Source: a virus (Duplodnaviria > Heunggongvirae > Uroviricota > Caudoviricetes). Taken from it: 64,000 nt of DNA. The DNA lies in the IMG/VR virus record IMGVR_UViG_3300031555_004037; one strand, 5' to 3'. Positions within the stretch are counted from its first letter, which is position 1, and each line of letters begins with the position of its first letter. The position numbers and the translations under genes were made by a program. The notes beneath the pieces are model-generated. The model was not told the DNA's origin and did no database searches. It saw nothing but the letters and a program-made list of their open reading frames with translations. Below, one piece after another: positions 56,856 through 64,000 of this stretch.

Positions 56856-56883
56856 TTACAAATATTAGATAATGTGTTATAAT
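56856..56883 (+). promoter_or_regulatory. sigma-A-like promoter TTACAA -16- TGtTATAAT
   Basis: Identical architecture to the 54897 promoter; drives the ligase C-terminal gene. Confidence 0.5.
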
Positions 56884-56914
56884 AATTATAGTTAAGTGAA
56901 AGTGAGGAAATTAA

Positions 56915-57706
56915 ATGAATTTTTTAACCATTCCTAATGAATGTCCTATTTGTGGGGCAACATTGATTAGAGAGAAAAAGAATAAATCAGAAATGTTGAT
57001 TTGCCCTAATTCTAATTGTGGTTGTAAATTAGAGGGTAAATTATTAAATCTCTTTGGTACTAATGGATTAGATATTGAATCTATTTCAGTTAAAACTGTA
57101 AATAAGTTAATTGAATTAGGTTGGCTTACAAAAATGAGTGATGTATTTAGTCTTAAAAATCATAGAGATGAATGGATTAATATTGACGGTTTTGGAGAAA
57201 ACTCCGTTGATAAAATTCTTGAAGCACTTCCAACATCCATTGAATTATGGAGAGCAATCGCAATTTCTGGAATTTCAGGAATTGAAAAGGCAACTGCAAA
57301 AGTAATTGCAAAGGAATTTAAGGATTGGAAAGATTTTAGAAATGCCATTGATACTAATTATGATTTCACTAGAATTTCTGGAATTGGTACTGTAACTGCT
57401 AATTCAATTTTAGAATTTGATTATACTGAAATTGATGATGTTATGTGCTATTTAACTATAAAAGAAGAAGTTGTTGGTGGAAAATTAGATAATCAATCAT
57501 TCTGTATTACAGGTAAGTTATCTATGAAGAGAGATGACCTTGTAAAAATTATTGAACAGAATGGTGGAAAATTTGCATCTGTCAATAAGAATTTAACATA
57601 TCTTATCTGTAATGATAAGGACTCAAATTCTGGTAAGTCTAAAAAAGCAAAGGATTTAGGAGTTACTGTTATTACCGAAGATGAGTTTATGGACTTAATT
57701 AAATAA
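56915..57706 (+). CDS. ligA: NAD-dependent DNA ligase, C-terminal fragment (Zn finger, HhH, BRCT)
   Basis: Starts at Zn finger CPICGATL...CPNSNCGC; HhH region; BRCT FCITGKLSMKRDDLVKIIEQNGGKFASVNKNLTYLICND. Confidence 0.75.
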   Translation: MNFLTIPNECPICGATLIREKKNKSEMLICPNSNCGCKLEGKLLNLFGTNGLDIESISVKTVNKLIELGWLTKMSDVFSLKNHRDEWINIDGFGENSVDKILEALPTSIELWRAIAISGISGIEKATAKVIAKEFKDWKDFRNAIDTNYDFTRISGIGTVTANSILEFDYTEIDDVMCYLTIKEEVVGGKLDNQSFCITGKLSMKRDDLVKIIEQNGGKFASVNKNLTYLICNDKDSNSGKSKKAKDLGVTVITEDEFMDLIK

Positions 57707-57719
57707 AGAATTTTTAATT

Positions 57720-57750
57720 GGTGTATTGATTAATTTCGATACACCTTTTA
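57720..57750 (+). terminator. rho-independent terminator
   Basis: GGTGTAT...ATACACC then TTTT. Confidence 0.6.
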
Positions 57751-57775
57751 TTATGGAATAAAAAGGGGGAAAATT

Positions 57776-58177
57776 ATGAGATTGTATAATTATACTTCAT
57801 TAAAAAATAGAGAGGCTAAAATTTATAATGTTGGTGGTTATAATTTAGCAGGTGGTATGTCTATTGAATTTTTAAAAGTAGTAGGACCATTTGCAGGAAT
57901 TGGAATTGTTTTAGGTATGATTTTAGGACTACCATTTGGTTTTAGTTTTTTCAATGTATTTAGTGAAAACTTTCATTGGCAATGGACAGTATTATGGTTA
58001 GCATTAGGTATTGGTACAGGTTGTTGTTTATGGTATATTCAATTTGCAGGTTATAGATTATATCAATATTTAGCAGCATATTTCAAACCAAAGAAAGTAT
58101 ATATGAATGATTTTAGAACTACAGAGTTTAAATTAACAACAGTAAAATTTAAAGGATTTGTGAAAAATATTTTATAG
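57776..58177 (+). CDS. small membrane protein (2-3 TM)
   Basis: Hydrophobic helices FAGIGIVLGMILGLPFGFSFF and VLWLALGIGTGCCLWY. Confidence 0.45.
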   Translation: MRLYNYTSLKNREAKIYNVGGYNLAGGMSIEFLKVVGPFAGIGIVLGMILGLPFGFSFFNVFSENFHWQWTVLWLALGIGTGCCLWYIQFAGYRLYQYLAAYFKPKKVYMNDFRTTEFKLTTVKFKGFVKNIL

Positions 58178-58187
58178 GGGGTAAATT

Positions 58188-59492
58188 ATGGCTAAAAAAG
58201 ATACAGCACCAAATTCAAATACATTAAATCAAAATAATATAAGTATTATTGGAGATAATATATTATTTAATAATGGTGTAATTACAGCATTTTATATTAT
58301 ACCATTAACAAATTATTCTACTGCATCTCCACCAGGTATTCATAATTCAGTTGAAGATTTAACTAATATGATTACTAACTTAACAACAAATAATCCTAAT
58401 TTAACTTTTACTATTGAAAGAATTGAAAAGGTTATTAAGGCAAAAGATGTTTTAAATAATTTAATAGAAACTATAAATATTTATAGACCTGATTATGAAA
58501 TGCCACCTGAATTTACTAGAAATGTAAAAGATGACATTCAATCATATTGTATGTTGGGGATTGATATTCAGCAATCTACTGTTACTGATGTTGAAGATTT
58601 AACTCTTATGGACACAGTTAAAGCAGTAACAAAACAAATGGCTAATTCATTTGCAGGTTTGGGTAATATGAAAGCAGACCCAGAACAATTACTTAAAATT
58701 GAAGAGAATATTTATAGAACTATTAACTATAAATGTTTAAGAGCATCTAAAGAATTAGTATTTTATAATTTTGTAAGTAAGGTATTTCCTTGTTATGAAA
58801 TCTCTTATGATAAATTATCATATATAAATGAAAAATCATTTGAATCAATTATGGGTGCAGTTACACAAACTGTTTCAGATAATTTTGGTTGGTTTGAAAT
58901 GCACAATGAGGGTATTGATATTTTTGGATTAGACCCACAAACAACTTATGGTTGTATGTTAGATGTAAAAGCATTTCCACCACAAATTAGTACAACAAAT
59001 TTCCCTATGGATTATCCAAATGTTGTAACTACAATAAATTGTATTAAGAAAGAAGACGCAATTCTTAAATTAAAAAGAACTAGAGCAAGTGATAGATATG
59101 AGCGTGACCAAGCTATTGAGGCTGGTGCTGAAATTGAACAAGTAGAATCTACACAAGCAAATATTGATATTGCTACTTATGCTATTGAGGGAATTGAACA
59201 AGGCGATATATTATGTAATTTTAATACAAGTATGTTAGTTTTTGGTTCAACAAAAGAAGAATTAAAGCAAAGAGTTATGTCTATTATTACAAGTTGTAAG
59301 GATAGAAATATTTTAGTATCTAAATCTTTAACTCAAGCATTAGATTTCTTAAATAATTATATCAATAAGAAACCAAAGAAATATGACCATATGACAAATT
59401 TAATGTTTCCATTAAGTTTCCAACAAAATGCTGGTGCGACAGTAGGAGATATTGATAGTATTTGGTCGCCATCTATAGGAGAAGATTTATAA
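58188..59492 (+). CDS. hypothetical protein upstream of secretion ATPase
   Basis: 434-aa ORF, RBS GGGGGTAAATTATG; no motif recognised. Confidence 0.45.
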   Translation: MAKKDTAPNSNTLNQNNISIIGDNILFNNGVITAFYIIPLTNYSTASPPGIHNSVEDLTNMITNLTTNNPNLTFTIERIEKVIKAKDVLNNLIETINIYRPDYEMPPEFTRNVKDDIQSYCMLGIDIQQSTVTDVEDLTLMDTVKAVTKQMANSFAGLGNMKADPEQLLKIEENIYRTINYKCLRASKELVFYNFVSKVFPCYEISYDKLSYINEKSFESIMGAVTQTVSDNFGWFEMHNEGIDIFGLDPQTTYGCMLDVKAFPPQISTTNFPMDYPNVVTTINCIKKEDAILKLKRTRASDRYERDQAIEAGAEIEQVESTQANIDIATYAIEGIEQGDILCNFNTSMLVFGSTKEELKQRVMSIITSCKDRNILVSKSLTQALDFLNNYINKKPKKYDHMTNLMFPLSFQQNAGATVGDIDSIWSPSIGEDL

Positions 59493-59495
59493 TAA

Positions 59496-60698
59496 ATGAA
59501 AATGCTTACTATATATTATTATAGTAAGCATTACTATTTAGAAAGGAAATTTTTTAATATGGCTATTAAATTAAACTTAAATGAGAAAAAAGAAGAAAAA
59601 GTAAATAATAATGAAGATATTAAATCTTTATATAGACAAAATATGTCTATTGACGATTTACTTATTTTTACTACTGAACATAATTGTTCTGACTTATATA
59701 TTAAAGTTTTTGAACAGCCTTATATTTCTCGTTATGGTAAAATCATAAAAGTTCCTTGTCAACCTATTACAAAAGATACTTGGGCTAAATTTTATGATTC
59801 GTATATATTAAACGAGTTAAATGCAGGTTATGTTAGACAAAAATTATTAGATACCTCTGTTTCTATTAGAGTTCCAGAAGATAGTCCTAATTATGGTAAA
59901 TATCTAAATAATTGCTATCGTTATAGAGTTTCTTTTGGTTTTTCAGAAGAAAGAAATATTGCTACTTTCCGTATGATTAAACCAGAAATGCCTACTTTCG
60001 ATACTATTAATTATAATCAAACTTGTGTTGAAGCACTTAAAGTGGCTTATGCAAAACCGTCTGGAATTATTTATACTACTGGACCTACTGGTTCTGGTAA
60101 ATCAACTACTATGGCTGCTTGTATAAATACTTTTACTCAACCATCTAATATTCTTGATAATAAAGTATTGATTACACTAGAAGACCCTATTGAAAATGTA
60201 TTTGAATGTACTGATAGTGTTAAAATCAATCAAAAAGAATTAGGTAAGGATTTTATTTCTTTTGATATGGGTATTAAAGCAAGTTTGCGTGAACACCCTA
60301 ATATGATTATTGTTGGTGAGTGTAGAGATAAAGAGGTTATTTGTGCTGCTATTGAGGCTGCTCGTACAGGACATATATGTTCTACAACTTTCCACGCATC
60401 TGATGTTGGTGGTACTATTAACCGTTTATTATATCATTTAGATAATGATAGAAATTTATCTATGGACTTAATTTTACAGTTGAATATTGTATTATCACAG
60501 AAAATGATTAAACAAGATAATGGATATTTAGTAGATACTCAATTTTTATTATTTGATGATGAAGTAACTAAAAGATTAGTTGAAATTATTGAATTGCCTG
60601 ATGCAAATATTGCAGTTGAAATCAATAAATTAATTGCTGACGAAAGATTACAAGCAAAAGGTGTAGTTAAAGATTGGGATTATAAAGAGTTACATTAA
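59496..60698 (+). CDS. PilT/VirB11/GspE-family secretion (type IV pilus-type) ATPase
   Basis: Walker A TTGPTGSGKSTT; Asp box ITLEDPIE; Walker B MIIVGECRD; His box GHICSTTFHASD. Confidence 0.75.
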   Translation: MKMLTIYYYSKHYYLERKFFNMAIKLNLNEKKEEKVNNNEDIKSLYRQNMSIDDLLIFTTEHNCSDLYIKVFEQPYISRYGKIIKVPCQPITKDTWAKFYDSYILNELNAGYVRQKLLDTSVSIRVPEDSPNYGKYLNNCYRYRVSFGFSEERNIATFRMIKPEMPTFDTINYNQTCVEALKVAYAKPSGIIYTTGPTGSGKSTTMAACINTFTQPSNILDNKVLITLEDPIENVFECTDSVKINQKELGKDFISFDMGIKASLREHPNMIIVGECRDKEVICAAIEAARTGHICSTTFHASDVGGTINRLLYHLDNDRNLSMDLILQLNIVLSQKMIKQDNGYLVDTQFLLFDDEVTKRLVEIIELPDANIAVEINKLIADERLQAKGVVKDWDYKELH

Positions 60699-60717
60699 TA
60701 TTAAGGAGATTTATATA

Positions 60718-61230
60718 ATGATATTAATTTTAATTGGAAATTTATTTTCATTTTTAGGTAGTATATGTAGTTTTTTATCAACTAAAGTCAAAACATATAA
60801 AATGACTTTAATAATTCAATCTTTAGATGCAACATTTTTTGCATTATCTTCAATATGTTTAAAGGGCTATAGTGGAATAATTGTAAATTGTGTAGCAATA
60901 GCAAGAAATCTTAGTTGTGCGTTTTTTAACTTAAACAAATATACTAAAATTGTATTTATAGGTTTAACTGTTATATTAGGCTTAATATTTATGGATAAAA
61001 CAATTTATGGATTTCTTCCAATAATTGCAAGTTCTTATTATGCTTTTGTTATGTTAAATACTAATGACGTATATAAGTTGAAAAAAGCATTAATGATAAA
61101 TAATTTATTATGGTTAATATACTCTATAATTATATTAGATGTTGTGGGCACAATATTTAAAATATTATCTATTATATCGTGTATTAAATATATTTCAAAA
61201 AAGGAGAAAATAGAAGATGTCAACAAGTAA
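60718..61230 (+). CDS. polytopic membrane protein (5-6 TM)
   Basis: 170 aa, mostly hydrophobic helices; immediately downstream of the ATPase. Confidence 0.5.
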   Translation: MILILIGNLFSFLGSICSFLSTKVKTYKMTLIIQSLDATFFALSSICLKGYSGIIVNCVAIARNLSCAFFNLNKYTKIVFIGLTVILGLIFMDKTIYGFLPIIASSYYAFVMLNTNDVYKLKKALMINNLLWLIYSIIILDVVGTIFKILSIISCIKYISKKEKIEDVNK

Positions 61231-61774
61231 TTCAAAATTTTTAGACTCATTTAGAGCATTAGAAACAGAGTTAAAATGTGAAGATAAAACAATACTAGAT
61301 TATGAAAATTCATTAGATGGCATTGACCAAGAAAGAATGAAAGTTTGTAGAATTATGAGAAATTATATTGCACATAATGATGCTACATTTTTAACACCTA
61401 GTAATGAACAGATTAAATTTTTAGAAACTCAAGTTTCTAATATTTTAAAATCTGCAAATACAGTAAAGAGTGAAATGAAGAAAATCAAATTAGTAAAAGA
61501 AACTGAATTGATTAAAAATCTTATTACGATTATTGATAAAAATGGATTTGTACCATTAGAATTAAAAAATGGTGGAATTTATTTAGTAACAAAAGATATT
61601 TTAGTACATCAATTAGCATTGGGTAATAAGAAAATTGTTATACCAACAAGATTACCTAAATATCAATATGTACATAAAGATATGAGATTAGATAAAATTA
61701 CTCATAATAATATTTATATTGTTACAGATAATGGTACGGATAATGGTAATTATTTAGGCATATTAAGTATATAG
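61217..61774 (+). CDS. hypothetical protein
   Basis: 185-aa ORF overlapping upstream gene by 14 nt. Confidence 0.4.
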   Translation: MSTSNSKFLDSFRALETELKCEDKTILDYENSLDGIDQERMKVCRIMRNYIAHNDATFLTPSNEQIKFLETQVSNILKSANTVKSEMKKIKLVKETELIKNLITIIDKNGFVPLELKNGGIYLVTKDILVHQLALGNKKIVIPTRLPKYQYVHKDMRLDKITHNNIYIVTDNGTDNGNYLGILSI

Positions 61775-61786
61775 GGGGATTTAATT

Positions 61787-62518
61787 ATGGGATTTGCATT
61801 AGGAAATTTAACTGTTGACGAACTAATACAAAGAACAGGATTTGATATGTCAAATGAAGATAAAGCAATCTTAAATAAATATAGACAAGATAATGCTACT
61901 ATTAGTCCATATGATGATGCACTTCATATATTTGATTTACCATTTTCAATATATATTTCCGAACCTATATATGACCTTATTTTTAAAATTTTATGTAAAT
62001 ATAATGATATAAATTCTTCAAAAGAACCATTACAAATAGTAAAAGTAGAAGAAACTGAAAAGCAAAAACAAAGAAGACTTGAAGAAGAACAATATGAAAA
62101 AGAAAAACAAGAAAGAAGAGATAACCCTAATTCAAAATGGTTAGTAAAATATCATATGTTAGTTCCTATAAAAGTAAATGATTATGACGCTTTTTATAAT
62201 TGTTTTATAAATGTGTATATAAAAGGATATTATAATATACCTAATATAGTAGACGGAACTTTAACTATTCGTATGGATGAAGATGGTTTTCACGGAACAT
62301 TTACATTAAATAATAAAGAAGATTATATATTAGAAGATGAATATAAGTATGTTATTGGTTCTGGATTTTCTAAAAAGAATGGTAATTGGGTAGGTCATAT
62401 TGATGACGCATATTTTGAAGATACTACATACTCAATTAAAAGTGGAATTTTAAATTATAGAGATATAGATTATCATAGTAGTGGAATGGAAATTTATCAT
62501 CAAGGTTATGTGAAATAA
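61787..62518 (+). CDS. hypothetical protein
   Basis: 243-aa ORF with RBS AGGGGGATTTAATTATG. Confidence 0.4.
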   Translation: MGFALGNLTVDELIQRTGFDMSNEDKAILNKYRQDNATISPYDDALHIFDLPFSIYISEPIYDLIFKILCKYNDINSSKEPLQIVKVEETEKQKQRRLEEEQYEKEKQERRDNPNSKWLVKYHMLVPIKVNDYDAFYNCFINVYIKGYYNIPNIVDGTLTIRMDEDGFHGTFTLNNKEDYILEDEYKYVIGSGFSKKNGNWVGHIDDAYFEDTTYSIKSGILNYRDIDYHSSGMEIYHQGYVK

Positions 62519-62588
62519 AAAATTAGATTAGAAAAAGTGTATACAAATAAAAAACATTTAGTTATAATAAATCAAGGAGGTTTTATAT

Positions 62589-62915
62589 ATGTCAAAATCA
62601 ATTTCAGGACTATCTCGTTGGGAACAAGAAACAGTTGTAAATTATAATAATGAGGAAAAAACTGCAACAGTTTATACTGCCGACCCTGTAGTTATGAGAA
62701 AGTTGGACAAATTAGTTGAGAAATATCCAGAAGATTATTTTATAATTAAAGAAGAAAAATATTCTAAAACCTATAAATTCTCAAAGAAATTAGTTCAATA
62801 TAGAAATCCTGTTCATTTAACAGAAGAACAGAAAGAAATAAATAGAAGAAATTTAGCAAAAGCAAATGCTAAAATAGAACAAAACAAAACAAATGTAAAA
62901 AAGAAAGGAAATTAA
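62589..62915 (+). CDS. hypothetical Lys-rich protein
   Basis: 108-aa ORF with RBS AAGGAGG. Confidence 0.4.
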   Translation: MSKSISGLSRWEQETVVNYNNEEKTATVYTADPVVMRKLDKLVEKYPEDYFIIKEEKYSKTYKFSKKLVQYRNPVHLTEEQKEINRRNLAKANAKIEQNKTNVKKKGN

Positions 62916-62917
62916 AA

Positions 62918-63667
62918 ATGAAAAGAAAATTAGTAGTAACTTTATTAGCATTAACATTAGTAACCTCATTAGTAGGTTGTGGTGATGGAGTATCATCAAA
63001 TAATGTAGGTCATCAAGATATTCTTGAACAGGTTGAAAATGGAGAATATGTAGCACCACCTACAATGGAAGAAATTGCATCTGACCAAGATGTACCAAGT
63101 GTATTAACAAATGAAATGGGTTGGGTTATTGAATCTGCAAACCTTGAAGATTGTGATGAATCAATTAAGGCATTAGTAAAAGATGTATCTTCCGAATATG
63201 CACCTTATTTATATGTGGGTTATACCGTAGAAGATAATACTATTAAATATGCTTTTAGTGGTTTTAAGGGCGACCAAAAATGTGCAATTTTTGTAATTCA
63301 AAGTACCGATAATAAGTTGACTTATGAGTATGATGATTATTCAGAGATTTTTGAAATTTTAGCACCTGCTGGACCTACAAATGAACTTGAACCTACACCT
63401 GCTGACCCTAGTACATTGATTACTGAACCTGGTTGGGAACCTGGTCAGAATAATTCAGAAGATGCGTCTGATACTGATGCAGTAGAAGATAATTCAGAAG
63501 AAACAACTGATGAAGAAACAGAAAGTTCTGATACAGAAGAAACTGATAGTGAAAATGTAGAACCATCAGAAGAAACATCAGATAGTTCAGAAGAAACAGA
63601 AGAAAATTCAGAAGATGTATCTGATAGAGTTGGTAGTTTAAAGAATATTGATAAGAGAGTTGGATAA
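62918..63667 (+). CDS. lipoprotein with very acidic C-terminal tail
   Basis: Lipobox LVTSLVGCGDG; C-terminal Glu/Asp/Ser/Thr-rich stretch. Confidence 0.5.
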   Translation: MKRKLVVTLLALTLVTSLVGCGDGVSSNNVGHQDILEQVENGEYVAPPTMEEIASDQDVPSVLTNEMGWVIESANLEDCDESIKALVKDVSSEYAPYLYVGYTVEDNTIKYAFSGFKGDQKCAIFVIQSTDNKLTYEYDDYSEIFEILAPAGPTNELEPTPADPSTLITEPGWEPGQNNSEDASDTDAVEDNSEETTDEETESSDTEETDSENVEPSEETSDSSEETEENSEDVSDRVGSLKNIDKRVG

Positions 63668-63684
63668 TTAAAGGAGATTTAATT

Positions 63685-64000
63685 ATGAGAGATTGGAAAT
63701 TAGAAAATATAAATAAAAATCAGTATAAAATAACTTTAAATGATAATTATGTAGAGTTTACTATTTCACACACATTTTCAAGTGATGTTGATATTAACTT
63801 ACATAATAAGAATATGTCAAAAGATGGAGTTATCTTTTTTAATGACGCATATGAAACACCACAAAATCAACCGATTGCAATTATTGGTAGAGCCTATCTA
63901 TATAATGATAAGGGAATTTGTGTAGAAGAGTCATTAGTAGATGCAACACCTTTTAATACAAATTGTGAATTTCCAAAAGAAATTATTGAGGGATATTTTC
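63685..64000 (+). CDS. hypothetical protein, 3-prime partial (runs off window end)
   Basis: RBS AAAGGAGATTTAATTATG; open to nt 64000. Confidence 0.45.
   Translation, partial: MRDWKLENINKNQYKITLNDNYVEFTISHTFSSDVDINLHNKNMSKDGVIFFNDAYETPQNQPIAIIGRAYLYNDKGICVEESLVDATPFNTNCEFPKEIIEGYF

Noticed and set aside
56060-56914. Group I or group II intron interrupting ligA
   Set aside because: No reverse transcriptase or homing-endonuclease ORF, and both ligase halves have their own start codon, RBS and promoter; gene fission by insertion is the better explanation.

Overview
This AT-rich (~30% GC) window is almost entirely coding on the + strand, with tightly packed or overlapping genes and Gram-positive style RBSs (AGGAG/GGAGG). 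It looks like part of a very large (jumbo-type) phage or phage-like element of a low-GC Firmicutes/Clostridia-like host. No rRNA, tRNA or CRISPR array was recognised by eye.

Gene content, in order:
- Recombination/replication module: RecA-family recombinase, RecU/Hjc-like resolvase, a free-standing GIY-YIG homing endonuclease, a putative replisome organiser, DnaC-like loader, DnaB-like helicase, DnaG-like primase.
- Two paralogous lipoproteins embedded in the replication operon.
- A split multisubunit RNA polymerase (beta-like, beta-prime N-terminal-like with zinc finger and a DVDGD catalytic motif, and a possible beta-prime C-terminal fragment), as in phiKZ/AR9-type jumbo phages.
- A RecB/Cas4-family nuclease, a protein made of seven tandem ~60-aa repeats, thymidine kinase and an HD hydrolase.
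- A three-gene island on the minus strand encoding acidic proteins.
- A two-subunit type IIA topoisomerase.
- The most unusual block (29.0-39.9 kb): a complete SecY plus SecE translocon pair outside any ribosomal-operon context, followed by a very acidic protein, a flotillin (SPFH) protein and an FtsH AAA+ metalloprotease. Immediately downstream is a 1727-aa protein with a Sec signal peptide, an acidic (TTEEV)n stretch, BspA-type leucine-rich repeats, Big_2 and Cna-B-like domains, and a C-terminal SPETG sortase sorting signal. Its start is preceded by an (AAAAT)n microsatellite. This resembles an accessory-Sec-like surface-protein export module carried by the mobile element.
- Further on: a UvrD-like helicase fused to a PD-(D/E)xK nuclease; two secreted or membrane-anchored nuclease candidates; an SNF2 helicase whose Walker A motif is interrupted by a 175-aa mini-intein; an NAD-dependent DNA ligase split into two genes by an ~860-bp insertion carrying a nucleotidyltransferase-like two-gene cassette; and a PilT/VirB11-family secretion ATPase among small membrane proteins.

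Regulatory signals include many rho-independent terminators, sigma-A-like promoters of the form TTACAA-16-TGnTATAAT, and a conserved 19-nt intergenic motif TTAAG(C/T)(A/G)CTATTTAATTAT found six times (with a seventh degenerate copy) directly after stop codons. That motif is a candidate promoter for the phage's own RNAP.
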